Shown here in pieces: positions 18,022 through 28,716 of a stretch of DNA of 64,000 nt. Source of the DNA: Candidatus Methanomethylophilaceae archaeon (GTDB lineage: Archaea; Thermoplasmatota; Thermoplasmata; Methanomassiliicoccales; Methanomethylophilaceae). The DNA lies in contig JBMNHS010000001.1 of assembly GCA_050950505.1 (NCBI GenBank), positions 1,088,001-1,152,000 of the forward strand, written 5' to 3'. A model generated the notes under the pieces. The model did no database searches. It was not told the DNA's origin and was given only the letters and a program-made list of their open reading frames with translations. Both the position numbers and the translations under genes were made by a program. The first letter of the stretch is position 1. Each line of letters starts with the position of its first letter.

Positions 18022-20146
18022 TTATCCTTTGCCGAAAAAGCGTTCGGCTTCGGCAATGGGGTCGGAAGTGACTCTTGCTTCAAGGTCATTGGCATACCTG
18101 GAAGTTCTTTTGTCGAGTATGACGCACATCCCCCGGTCGGTTTCGGTTCTTATCAGACGTCCGATTGCCTGCTTTATTTTTCTCGTCGCAGGAGCCTCGC
18201 TTACGAACTTCCATCCCGAACCTTTGCCGAATCTGGTATCGTACAGTTCGGAAAGGGCGTTGGCTTCCAGTGAAGGCGGCGGATAAGGTATTCCGATTAT
18301 TATTGCCAAAGAAAGCTCGTCACCCGGGAAATCCATTCCTTCCGCAACGGAACCTCCCATTACGCTGAAGAAAACCCCGCCTCTCCCGCTCTTGAATTTT
18401 TCCAGTTCTTCCATGGTTCTTCGGGGATTGCCGGAATGTTCCCAGTACATGGGAAGTTCCACGTCCCTTTCCAGGAAAGGACGCATTTTGTCCATGATTC
18501 TGTAAGAGGTGAAAAACACAAGAGTGTTCTTTCCCACCGCGTTGCAGAGTTTGGCGGTTCTCCGTTCTATTCTGGAGAATATGCTCGGGTCGTCCTTCAT
18601 GTCGTTGTATCTGGTGGTCACGTCGTTCATGTAGAGAACGAGGCGGTTCTCCTTCGGGAAGGGCGAGGGATAAATTTTGCTTATGGTGCCCCGGGGCAAT
18701 CCCATGGTTTTGACATATTGTTCCAACGGCCTCAGAGTGCCGGACATGTGAACCGCTCCGTCCAATCCCCTCATGAAATCCGAAACGTCCACCGGGTCTA
18801 TGCAGGCGGCATAAAGATATTCCCCGGTTTCCGAGGCCTTGATGGTTTTGATGTAATTGTCTCCGGTGGCTCCCTAGCCAACTTTGCAGGGATGCCGCGA
18901 TTGTGTCGATGTCGGACGCTTTCTGCGCGTTGTTTTCCGTCAGCAGTCTGGATCTTTCGGAACCTATGTCCACCAGATTCGCGATTGCGACATCGAGGTC
19001 TCTGTCGGTGATGTTGAATTTTTTCATCAGACCGTGTTTCAGAACGTCGATTTCAATGATGGCCTCACGGTTCATTATGTCCAGCTTTGAATTGGCCGTG
19101 TTTTTGATGATGGTCTTTATTTCTTTCAGAAATTCGTCTATTTTTATTCCCTGGCCGATGGAAGTGGATCTGAACGTGGAACATTCGTCTATCGCCGCAT
19201 CGGCCATCCTCAATGAAATGCGGAAGCTTTCCTGATCCTTCGCCGCGTCGATGATGTTGTGGGCTTCGTCCACGATGACGGTTATGTTCTTCCTGTCCGC
19301 ATCCATGTTTCCCAGGAAAGTTTCCCTGATGTCCTCGGAAAGAATGTGGATGTACGGAGCCACGATGACGTCGGCGGATTTCATAAGGACTTTCTTCGCT
19401 TCGTAAGGACAGACGCCCTTGTCTTCGCAGAAGTTGTCCAATCTCTCGGATGTGGGGAATTCGTTTCTGCAGAAATCCCATATCACGTCTATCATGTCAT
19501 TGACTCTGAAGAAATATTTGCATTGTCCGCCTTTGCCTCTTTTTCGGTTTTCGCACAGAGACGACAAAACGTTTGCGGACAGGGGTTCCTGGCCGGGACC
19601 GGGTCTGAACAGCAGACAGGAACGTCCTCTTCCGGTTATCGGCAGGCCGGAAACGGGTTTGAACCTGGATATCGCTTTAAGTTCCCTCATTACCTGATTG
19701 CTTTGGGAAATGGTGCGGGTAAGGTACACAACTTTTTTCTTCAGAGGAACGGCGTGTTCAAGGGCACCGGACAGGGATACTATGGTTTTTCCCGTACCCG
19801 TTCCGGATTCCATCACTATGTGTCTGGACGAGTCAAGACATCCTTTGATGTCTTTTATGATTTCAAGCTGTCCCGGACGGGGGACATAAGGAAGGTAAGG
19901 CGCATCGCTGTTTTCCGAATCCGCAAAAACGTAATCCGTGACCTCCGGTTCCTCATGGAATTCAAATTCTTCCGAATCGTATCCCGGATCATGTCCCGCG
20001 TCTTCCTGAACCCCGGATATTTCCGACAGTGAACGCTGAGGGCTCACGGAATCATCGTCCAGTTTGGCGCGGCAGATTCTGCATCGCTTCGAACCGGGGA
20101 GATTGAGACTCTCACAGCGTTTGCAAAACAGACTTTGCATATTCAT
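18022..20146 (-). pseudogene. XPD/Rad3/DinG Fe-S helicase split by a one-base frameshift near 18872-18874 (real or assembly error)
   Basis: ESGTGTGKT, Fe-S cysteines and DEAH in the first ORF; SGTL, EGMDF and QAIGRLIR in the second; removing one G from GGG joins the two. Confidence 0.8.
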
Positions 20147-20206
20147 TGAATCGGTACCTCTGTTATAACCGTTCCCCGGAGCTGACCGAAACCTCCGAAA
20201 GTGGAT

Positions 20207-21106
20207 TTACACGGATTTGGAATCATCGAGGTCATCGCAGAGATTCAACTGCAGGATTTTCATAAGGTGCTTTTCCGCTTCTTTGACTTCTCCCGTCTGG
20301 GCGTAAAGCCCGGAAACGTCCCTGTGGGTTTCAATCAGCAGCTCCCTGATTTCCGGCCGGTGGTATTCAAGCATGATTTCCAACACGGAAATGACGGCTT
20401 CGTAATCCTCGAGGGCGGCTTCGATATCATCCTTTGCCAATCTTACGTCGCCTCTTAGAATCAGGGCGGTGACAAGGACCATCTCGTCCTCGAGAACGTT
20501 TTCTTCCATAAGCCGCCGGCAAAGGTTGACGGACCTGCCCAGATAATCCAATGAAGCGGAAAGTCTGTCCGATTCCTGTTCGGTTTTGGCCATAATGTTC
20601 AACGCGTCGACGCTCCGGTTAAGAGACCAGGGGTCGGTTCGGTCCACGAGCATCCTTTCCGCCGTTCCGTAAAAGGGAGCGACGCCTTCCGGGAATCCTC
20701 CGTAAAGAAGATCGTCGCCGCAGTTAATGCACATCACCACAATCTCTTTCCAATCAAAATATCTCGAGTTTTCATCAAGTTCTTTCAAACGCGATGCGGC
20801 GATTCCGTAATCTTCGGCCATGCCCCCCGCGTCTTCGGAATACTGCAGTTCGCCTCTTGACACGTACGCTTTCACAAAGGTGCCCGGATCCACGGATATG
20901 CCTTTTCTTTTCAAACTGTTGATTATATCGATGGCTTCGTCAAAATCGGTGAAGGCGGAAACGTAAGATTCCAGCATCGAAAGCACGGTGCCCCTCATTA
21001 TGTACGCGTCCAACAACTGCTCTTCGGTGCCGTTTTCTTCGCATTCCTGAACTTTGGCGTTATATTCTTTCAACGCCTCGGCAAGGTGTTTGTCGGATCT
21101 GCTCAT
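20207..21106 (-). CDS. TPR-like repeat protein
   Basis: Repeated helical AY/ALxxRG...A..D(F/Y)..A patterns. Confidence 0.65.
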   Translation of the reverse strand: MSRSDKHLAEALKEYNAKVQECEENGTEEQLLDAYIMRGTVLSMLESYVSAFTDFDEAIDIINSLKRKGISVDPGTFVKAYVSRGELQYSEDAGGMAEDYGIAASRLKELDENSRYFDWKEIVVMCINCGDDLLYGGFPEGVAPFYGTAERMLVDRTDPWSLNRSVDALNIMAKTEQESDRLSASLDYLGRSVNLCRRLMEENVLEDEMVLVTALILRGDVRLAKDDIEAALEDYEAVISVLEIMLEYHRPEIRELLIETHRDVSGLYAQTGEVKEAEKHLMKILQLNLCDDLDDSKSV

Positions 21107-21195
21107 GTCGGTTTGTATGACGCATTGTCAGATAAAAGGATTACAGTCTTTTTCGCATCGGAAGTTTTTATTAAAAGCGCCGTTATTGAGAAGTT

Positions 21196-22542
21196 ATGGT
21201 CCAAAAGAAAGTAGTGGCGATTCACGATATATCCTGTTACGGAAAGTGCTCGCTCACGGTCGCTTTGCCGGTGCTGTCCGCCGCGGGCATAAACACCCCA
21301 ATCATACCCACCGCGGTGTTGTCCACCTTCGTAGGGCCTTTTCCCGGTTTCACTTACCGGGACATGACCGAGGACATAATTCCCGTCGTCGAACACTGGA
21401 ACGACATGGGATTCGAATTTGACGCCGTATACACCGGATTTCTGGGATCCAAAGAACAGGTGGAAGTCGTCAGAAAAGCGATAGGGATGATTCGGAACCC
21501 CGATACCAAAGTTTACGTGGACCCGGTGATGGGGGACCACGGAGAACTTTACTCCACTTTTAATGAGGATTTCCCGTCGGAGATGAAAAAACTCTGCGGG
21601 GACGCGGATATCATCATACCCAACTTTACCGAAGCCACAAAAATGCTGGATGAACCCTTCGCCACAGGTCCGTACACCGAAGAATACGTTGAAGGACTGG
21701 TCAGAAGAACCGGAAAACTGAGTGCCGGAAAGGTTGTCCTCACCGGTGTTTATTTTGATGAGAAAAAACTGGGCGCCGCCGCTTACGACAAAGAAACCGA
21801 TGAAATCATGTACATAATGAAAGAACGGGTAAAGGGATTCTATCACGGCTCCGGAGACATCTTCGGATCGGGATTGGTGTCTTCCCTGGTTCACGGATGG
21901 GATCTTGCCGAAGCCGTCGACATAGCCGAAGACCTGACGATTGCCAGCATCAGAAACTCTCTGGAAGGGGGTTACGATACGGATCACGGCCTTTGTTTCG
22001 AAGAAGGATTGACGGATTTCGGACTCAGAGTCAAATCAATAAGGGGCCACAGAAAAATAATCTCCCGTGCCGATATGGATAAACTTTCAAACCTCGTGGA
22101 AGAAATATGGAAAGAGGCCTTTGCAGAAATGATTTCCGGGGAACAGATCGAATACATGCTGGAGAAATTCCATTCTCCCGTCGCGATTGAGAAGGCGATT
22201 TCCGAAGGGATGGTTTACGAATTCATCACGTTCAAAGGCGAAGACATCGGATTCCTGGCTTACAGAAAGGATGAGAACAGACTGTTTCTGAGCAAATTAT
22301 ACGTTCATGGAAAGTACAGAGGACACGGTTTTGCGTCTGATTCCATTAATCATATTCTCAGGATCGCCTGCAGAATGAACGTCGATTCGATCTATCTCAC
22401 GGTGAACAAAGGAAACAAAAAAGCAATTTCCACATACGAACACTGGGGTTTCAAAACCACCAAAGACGTCTGTGAAGACATCGGGAACGGATTCTTCATG
22501 GACGATCACATAATGGAACTTGACGTCAGGCGCGTCTTCTGA
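21196..22542 (+). CDS. pdxK: Pyridoxal/pyridoxamine kinase fused to a C-terminal GNAT acetyltransferase
   Basis: HDISCYGKCSL, DPVMGD, PNFTEA and HGSGD, then LSKLYV...RGHG...LTVNKGN...YEHWGF. Confidence 0.85.
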   Translation: MVQKKVVAIHDISCYGKCSLTVALPVLSAAGINTPIIPTAVLSTFVGPFPGFTYRDMTEDIIPVVEHWNDMGFEFDAVYTGFLGSKEQVEVVRKAIGMIRNPDTKVYVDPVMGDHGELYSTFNEDFPSEMKKLCGDADIIIPNFTEATKMLDEPFATGPYTEEYVEGLVRRTGKLSAGKVVLTGVYFDEKKLGAAAYDKETDEIMYIMKERVKGFYHGSGDIFGSGLVSSLVHGWDLAEAVDIAEDLTIASIRNSLEGGYDTDHGLCFEEGLTDFGLRVKSIRGHRKIISRADMDKLSNLVEEIWKEAFAEMISGEQIEYMLEKFHSPVAIEKAISEGMVYEFITFKGEDIGFLAYRKDENRLFLSKLYVHGKYRGHGFASDSINHILRIACRMNVDSIYLTVNKGNKKAISTYEHWGFKTTKDVCEDIGNGFFMDDHIMELDVRRVF

Positions 22543-22547
22543 ATGCC

Positions 22548-24299
22548 ATGTCCGCCGCCTCAGACAAAGACGATGTGAAATATTCCTCCGGACCGGAGAA
22601 TCCCTTCAAAGGATTCATTCCGGCTTCGAAAAAAGAGATGAAAGAACGGGGATGGGATTCCCTGGACATCATTCTTGTTTCCGGCGATACGTATTATGAT
22701 ACGCCGTACAGCGGCAGCGCGATGATCGGGAGATGGCTGATTCATAACGGATACAGGGTTGGCATAATTCCCCAACCGTCGGAGGAAGACATCGGAAAAC
22801 TGGGCATTCCCGAACTTTTCTGGTCGGTTTCCGCCGGATGCGTCGATTCCATGGTTGCGAACCGTACCGCCAACAACAAAAAGCGGAGACATGACGACTT
22901 CACCCCCGGAGGGGTAAACGACAGACGTCCCGATCGGGCGACGATTGTGTATACAAACATGATCAAACGGTTCTGCAGGGACAAACCCATCGTGTTGGGG
23001 GGAATCGAAGCGTCGTTGAGACGCGTCGCCCATTACGACGGCTGGACGGACACGGTGAGACGGAGCGTGCTTTTCGACGCCAAAGCAGATTACATCACAT
23101 ACGGCATGGCCGAATTTTCAAATCTTGAACTGGCCGATGCGCTGAAAGCTTCAAAAAACACAGAGAACATCAGAGGAATCTGTTACATTTCCAAGGAATG
23201 TCCGGAAAATCATATCCTGATTCCTTCTTACGAAGACTGTTCGGAGGACGATGGGAAGTTTGCCGAAGCTTATCGCGCGTTCGGTGAAAACTGCGACCCG
23301 GTCACGGCGAAGGGTTTGTGCCAGAGGCACGGCGACCGTTATCTGATACAAAATCCCCCTCAGAGAGATCCCACAACGGAAGAGCTGGATTTGTTTCACT
23401 CGTTGGGGTATATGAACGAAGTTCACCCGTCCTGCATCAAGGACGGGTACGTGAAAGCCGCGGACACCATCAAGAACTCCGTAACCACCCACCGGGGATG
23501 TTACGGAGGCTGCAGTTTCTGCGCCATAGCCGTCCATCAGGGGCGCAGAGTCGTTTCCCGCTCCGAAGATTCCATAATCGAAGAAATAAAAGGGTTCGCG
23601 AAGAATCCCGATTTCAACGGTATCATTTACGATCTGGGAGGACCCACCGCAAACATGTACGGCATTGAATGCGAAAAGAAAATCACAGGGGGTGCGTGTG
23701 AAGACCGGGGGTGTCTGTTCCCTCATGTGTGCAAGTCTCTGAAAGTGAACCATGACCGTCAGCTGAAACTTCTAGAACGTGTTTTGGACGTCGAAGGCGT
23801 CAGAAAAGTTTTCGTCACTTCGGGAATACGTTACGATATGATATTGGCCGATGAAGAACACGGAAAGGAATATGTCGATGCGGTTGTGAAGAACCACGTA
23901 TCCGGCCAATTGAAGATAGCGCCGGAACATGTTTCCGATGAGATTCTGGAACTTATGGGTAAGCCCGGCAGGAAAGAACTTCTGGAATTCAAAAAGATGT
24001 TCGATTCCTCCAACAGGGAGCACGGCAAAAAACAGTTCCTTACGTACTATACGATGGCGGCGCATCCGGGATGCACGCAGAAACACATGGAAGATCTGGG
24101 AAAATTCTGCCGCAACGTGCTGAAAACCAATCCGGAACAGGTTCAGATATTCACCCCCACCCCGTCCACGGTTTCCACGCTGATGTATCACACCGGCAAA
24201 ACCCCCGACGGAAGGGAACTTTTCGTGGAACGTCATCCCCAAGGAAAACAGAGGCAGAAAAACGCGGTGTTAGGAAGGCGGAGATATGCCAGAGAATGA
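22548..24299 (+). CDS. YgiQ/UPF0313 radical SAM protein
   Basis: VDSMVAN, GGIEASLRR, RGCYGGCSFC and QVQIFTPTP motifs. Confidence 0.9.
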   Translation: MSAASDKDDVKYSSGPENPFKGFIPASKKEMKERGWDSLDIILVSGDTYYDTPYSGSAMIGRWLIHNGYRVGIIPQPSEEDIGKLGIPELFWSVSAGCVDSMVANRTANNKKRRHDDFTPGGVNDRRPDRATIVYTNMIKRFCRDKPIVLGGIEASLRRVAHYDGWTDTVRRSVLFDAKADYITYGMAEFSNLELADALKASKNTENIRGICYISKECPENHILIPSYEDCSEDDGKFAEAYRAFGENCDPVTAKGLCQRHGDRYLIQNPPQRDPTTEELDLFHSLGYMNEVHPSCIKDGYVKAADTIKNSVTTHRGCYGGCSFCAIAVHQGRRVVSRSEDSIIEEIKGFAKNPDFNGIIYDLGGPTANMYGIECEKKITGGACEDRGCLFPHVCKSLKVNHDRQLKLLERVLDVEGVRKVFVTSGIRYDMILADEEHGKEYVDAVVKNHVSGQLKIAPEHVSDEILELMGKPGRKELLEFKKMFDSSNREHGKKQFLTYYTMAAHPGCTQKHMEDLGKFCRNVLKTNPEQVQIFTPTPSTVSTLMYHTGKTPDGRELFVERHPQGKQRQKNAVLGRRRYARE

Positions 24300-24969
24300 A
24301 CGCCTCAACGGATTTGTGAATGAAATCGCCGCCGAGAAAGGAATCAAGACAGTCGGGGCGGAGTATTGCAAATTTGCAAAAATAACCTATCATGCCTATT
24401 CCGTCAGAAACGTTTACAGATTCAGAATCTCGGACTATCTTTCCACGGCTCCGGACGATGTTCTGAAAGATTATCTTGACACGATGATGTCCAACCTGAA
24501 GAAAAAGCAAAGAAAACCTTCCGGAAAATTCATGGATTGGATGCTCTCCGACGAGTTTGTCTCGCAGTGGCGGCCGGTCCGCATCCAAAGAAGCAAAAAC
24601 ATTTCCCGGGGCACCGTTGGCAAAGCAAGAGATTTGGGGGCTTCTTTGGACCGATTGATGGACATGGGTTTGGTGTACGATTCGGATATCAAAAATTCAT
24701 ATTATACCTGGACTTCCCGTCCGAATCACAGAAAGGTGGGGGAATGCGACCTGGTATTCCGCATCGTCACCATATCCAGCGTGCTGGATTCCGAAAACGT
24801 TCCTGAAAAGGTTTTGGATTATGTGGTGTATCATGAAACCGTTCATCTGAGAATCGGACACCGTCAGGGTGAATCGGCTCACGGAAAGAAATTCAAAGAA
24901 TTGGAAAATCTGTATCCCGATATCGAATGGTGTGAAAGATACCTGTCTGAAAACCTGAAGAAAAAATAA
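24286..24969 (+). CDS. YgjP/DUF45-like zinc metallohydrolase
   Basis: DYVVYHETVHL...HGKKF. Confidence 0.75.
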   Translation: MPENERLNGFVNEIAAEKGIKTVGAEYCKFAKITYHAYSVRNVYRFRISDYLSTAPDDVLKDYLDTMMSNLKKKQRKPSGKFMDWMLSDEFVSQWRPVRIQRSKNISRGTVGKARDLGASLDRLMDMGLVYDSDIKNSYYTWTSRPNHRKVGECDLVFRIVTISSVLDSENVPEKVLDYVVYHETVHLRIGHRQGESAHGKKFKELENLYPDIEWCERYLSENLKKK

Positions 24970-25143
24970 AGACCTCTGGCTCATGACATCCGTAAACATG
25001 ATATTTTGTTTATTGCGGAGGCCCGCCTGCGCCAACTTTCTGATATGAGAGGTTGTTTTCTTCAATAAATTATACAAAATCCAACTATTTTTATAGAACA
25101 AGTCATATGTCGGTTTGCTGGATGGGGCTTTTTAGCACGTAAT

Positions 25144-27102
25144 ATGGAACAGGTCACTATAGTCACGGTTTATTTCGCAGCGGTATTTTTACCTGCCTTA
25201 TTCGGTACTTTATTGGGCGTGTTCCCCCGTTCTTCGAAAGTTTCCAAATTTGTCTCTGTTCTGTGCATTGTTTCCTGCGTCGCAGGGGCATCAACGTATC
25301 CCCTCTGGCATTTCGGTTATGAATTGTCCCAGATCATACCGGTACATTCCGCGCTGGGAAAATATGTCCTAAGCATAGACCAACTGACCGCCGCCGTGAT
25401 TTCCATGTCTTCGGTAATCTATATTCTGGTGGTGGTCCATGAAATGAGATCCACCACGGGTTCCGATTCCAGATACGGAGGATTCCTGAACGTTCTGTTC
25501 CTGGCATGTTTTTCATGCATGGCCGCAGACAGCGTCATCACCCTGCTGCTTTCCTGGGAAACGGTCACCCTTGCGACATTCATGATGGCCAAAAGAGGCA
25601 ACAACGAAAAAGCCAGATGGCTGTTTTTCGTCATCGCCCACATCGGCGGAATATTGCTGATTTCCGCATTCGTATACATGTCATTGGTTGCGGAGACTCA
25701 GATTCTTTCCGAATGGGGCAATCTCAGTGCCGTCATGGGTTCGGGCATTTCAATGGCGCTGATAATGATGCTCGTTCTCGGCTTCGGAGCCAAGCTGGGT
25801 CTGATTCCGTTCCACGCCTGGATGCCGGGGATGTACGCATCCGCGCCGATACACACCACCGCTTTGCTTTCCACCGTCTGTTCGAACGTTGCCGTGCTGG
25901 TGTTGCTCAAGAGCATTTTCTCTTATATCGGAATCCTGCCTTCGATGTCCTGGATAGCTTTCGTCATAATGGCGATAGCCGCGATCACCGCCCTCTGGGG
26001 CGCCATGGAATCCTTGATTCAGGACGAACCGAAGAAGATTCTGGCTTATTCAAGCATGGAAAACATGGCCCTTGTGGTTCTGTGCCTGGCATTGGGGATG
26101 ATTTACGTAAACGAATCCCCGGCCTTCGCGAAACTGGTTCTGATTGCCGCCATGCTGCACACTTTGAACCATTCCGTATTCAAATCGCTTATGTTGATGA
26201 CCATCGACACTGTTGAAGACTGTACAAAGGAAAAGAAAATCTGGAGAATGGGCGGACTGTCCAAGGCTCTTCCCGCATTGTCCGTCGTGGCAATCATAGG
26301 CGTGCTTTCGATGGCCGCAATTCCTCCGACGAACGGCTTTGTCAGCGAATGGCTTATGATTCAGTCTCTTATGGGCGGTGACATCGAATCCAAGGGAATG
26401 AGTCTGTTGATCCCTTTGGCTTTGGCCGCCGTGGGAATCTGCGGCATGATGATGGCCGCATCCTACGCAAGACTGTACGCTTTCGTGTTCCTCGGAAGAC
26501 CCCGTTCCGAAAAAATGGTGGATCCGACGCCGATGAAAGGAGGAACCATCGTTCCTCTGGTGGTATTGGCCGTTTTGTGTCTTGTGATGGGGTTCCTCGC
26601 CACGCTGATAATGGACGTTCTGGGCTCCGGTATAGTGTCCCTGACCGGAATGCCCTCGGATCCGAATCACAGAGACGTCATGACCGTCGAACTTCTCCCG
26701 CTGATATTGGGCACTTCGATAGTGGCGGTGTTGGGAACCGTATTTTGGCTTACATACCGTAAAAAACGCAACGTCAGGGAAACCCGCACCTGGGGGTGCG
26801 GCGGCGAATTGGATGAAACCATGCAATATTCGTCCATAGGATTTTCACAGCCCTTGGTCAAGGTTTTCCATCCTCTTTACGGGGATGCGGTAATGACCGT
26901 GGAATCCGACGAAAAAGGTGACAGGTCGGTGTTCGCCGAAATGAAAGAACCATTCGTCAAATATCTGTACAAACCTCTCGCGGACGCCGTGACGGCGTTT
27001 TCGGAGAGAGTGGGAAAAATGCAAAACGGCAGCATACAATCATATTTCGCATACATACTCGTGACACTGGTCGCGGTGTTGTTGGCGACGAGGTTCCTAT
27101 GA
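25144..27102 (+). CDS. Ehr/Hyf antiporter-like membrane subunit (HyfB-like)
   Basis: SWE, KLGLIPFHAWMP, LAYSSMEN, HSVFKSL and PPTNGFVSEW motifs. Confidence 0.88.
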   Translation: MEQVTIVTVYFAAVFLPALFGTLLGVFPRSSKVSKFVSVLCIVSCVAGASTYPLWHFGYELSQIIPVHSALGKYVLSIDQLTAAVISMSSVIYILVVVHEMRSTTGSDSRYGGFLNVLFLACFSCMAADSVITLLLSWETVTLATFMMAKRGNNEKARWLFFVIAHIGGILLISAFVYMSLVAETQILSEWGNLSAVMGSGISMALIMMLVLGFGAKLGLIPFHAWMPGMYASAPIHTTALLSTVCSNVAVLVLLKSIFSYIGILPSMSWIAFVIMAIAAITALWGAMESLIQDEPKKILAYSSMENMALVVLCLALGMIYVNESPAFAKLVLIAAMLHTLNHSVFKSLMLMTIDTVEDCTKEKKIWRMGGLSKALPALSVVAIIGVLSMAAIPPTNGFVSEWLMIQSLMGGDIESKGMSLLIPLALAAVGICGMMMAASYARLYAFVFLGRPRSEKMVDPTPMKGGTIVPLVVLAVLCLVMGFLATLIMDVLGSGIVSLTGMPSDPNHRDVMTVELLPLILGTSIVAVLGTVFWLTYRKKRNVRETRTWGCGGELDETMQYSSIGFSQPLVKVFHPLYGDAVMTVESDEKGDRSVFAEMKEPFVKYLYKPLADAVTAFSERVGKMQNGSIQSYFAYILVTLVAVLLATRFL

Positions 27103-28043
27103 ACATCCCTGAGATGGCCGTGATGGTCGCCCAGGTTGCGATCCTGATTGCAATATCCCCGCTGATAACGGGAATCATCAGAAAGATGAAGGCGTTCATG
27201 CGTCACAAAAAAGGTGCCAGCGTGTTCCAGCCTTACAGAGATCTGAAAAAACTATTCAAAAAAGAATCCGTGGTATCCGAAGATTCGTCCTTCCTGTTCA
27301 GACTGATACCTTTGGTCTGTTTGACTTCGATGTTGTTGCTTGCGGCGATGACTCCGTTCATCTATACCGGAGTCATTGCGCCGTATTCCGATGTAATCGC
27401 CATGGTTTACATATTCACCATGTTCAGATTCGCCATGGTCTTGGGGGGACTTGAGGGAGGTTCCGTGTTCGGAGGCATGGGAAGCAGCAGGGAAGTCATG
27501 ATGTCGGTTCTGATAGAACCGGCTCTGCTTATCGCAATCATGTCCCTTTCCGCGATGACCGGGGCGGGGTTCGACATCACCGCCATATCCGAATCGATGA
27601 TAGCCGCGGGAGCTGTGGCGATTTCCCCCGCTTTGCTGCTGGCCGGCACATCTTTCGTCATAACCATGGTGGCAGAGAACACCAGAGTTCCCTTCGACAA
27701 CCCCGATACCCATCTGGAACTCACCATGGTTCATGAAGGAATGGTCATAGAGTATTCCGGAAAGGACTTGGGAATGATGGAACTGTCATCCATGCTCAGA
27801 CTCACAATATTCATGACATTGTTGGGAACTCTGTTTTTCCCCTGGGGAACCGCGGTGACTTTGTCCGCGGTCAGTCTGATCGCCGCCTTTGCCGTAATAA
27901 TAGTGAAATTGCTTGTGATTGCCTTCGGAATAGCCTTGCTTGAGAGCACGGTTGCGAAAATGAGACTGTTCAGCGTACCGAACATGCTCACCGCGTCCTT
28001 TGCCCTGTCCCTCATGGCAATGATTTCCCTGTACATACTGTGA
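27099..28043 (+). CDS. Ehr/Hyf membrane subunit (HyfC/NuoH-like)
   Basis: QPYRDL, GSSRE, RVPFD and ELTMVHEGM..EYSG motifs. Confidence 0.88.
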   Translation: MNIPEMAVMVAQVAILIAISPLITGIIRKMKAFMRHKKGASVFQPYRDLKKLFKKESVVSEDSSFLFRLIPLVCLTSMLLLAAMTPFIYTGVIAPYSDVIAMVYIFTMFRFAMVLGGLEGGSVFGGMGSSREVMMSVLIEPALLIAIMSLSAMTGAGFDITAISESMIAAGAVAISPALLLAGTSFVITMVAENTRVPFDNPDTHLELTMVHEGMVIEYSGKDLGMMELSSMLRLTIFMTLLGTLFFPWGTAVTLSAVSLIAAFAVIIVKLLVIAFGIALLESTVAKMRLFSVPNMLTASFALSLMAMISLYIL

Positions 28044-28053
28044 GGAACCGAAA

Positions 28054-28716
28054 ATGTACAACGTACTTACCGGAAATCTCATAGACATCTTTGCTGTCGC
28101 GATGTTGCTGTCTTCGGTGATGGCAATGGCCAGCGTGAGGATGCGCCCTCTGATCCGTCTGTTCCTTGTGCAGTCGGTGTTTCTTGCCGCCTACGAATTT
28201 ACCGTTGCATACACTCACAACGAACCGAAAATTTACGTGATGGCAGTTCTGACTTTTGTGATCAAAGTCCTGATCGTGCCTAAATTGCTGAATTACATCA
28301 TGGACCGCATCAAAGTCGGTGACGAAATGTCGTTGAGCATCGGGATTCCCGGTTCGATGCTGCTGTCCGCATCGATGATTTTCCTGTCCTATTTCATTTC
28401 GGAACCTTTGATATCCATTCTGGACACCGCCGAAAGGAACTCCCTGGTGCTGTCGTTCTCCATGATTCTCATAGGGATGCTGATGATGGCCACCCGTCAC
28501 AAAGCCATCAGCGAAGTAGTCGGTCTGCTTATGGCGGAGAACGGTCTGTTCATGGGCGCCATCGCCCTGTCCAACGGAATGCCCTTCATTGTCGAACTCG
28601 GGGCGTTCATAGATGTGCTGATGGCAGTGATAATCATCGGTATATTCGCACTCAGGATCAACAAATCCTTTGACTCGTTGGATACGACACTGATGCGGAG
28701 GCTGAAAGAAGAATGA
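28054..28716 (+). CDS. Ehr/Hyf membrane subunit (HyfE-like)
   Basis: Hydrophobic; AENG and PFIVELG motifs; operon position. Confidence 0.85.
   Translation: MYNVLTGNLIDIFAVAMLLSSVMAMASVRMRPLIRLFLVQSVFLAAYEFTVAYTHNEPKIYVMAVLTFVIKVLIVPKLLNYIMDRIKVGDEMSLSIGIPGSMLLSASMIFLSYFISEPLISILDTAERNSLVLSFSMILIGMLMMATRHKAISEVVGLLMAENGLFMGAIALSNGMPFIVELGAFIDVLMAVIIIGIFALRINKSFDSLDTTLMRRLKEE

Noticed and set aside
18874-18876. TAG at the XPD junction as amber read-through
   Set aside because: The two halves are in different frames, so read-through cannot join them.
24971-25143. Fluoride riboswitch or C/D sRNA upstream of the Ehr operon
   Set aside because: Some pairing exists (24971-24977 with 25048-25054, plus an inner hairpin), but neither the crcB consensus nor a complete C/D box set is present.
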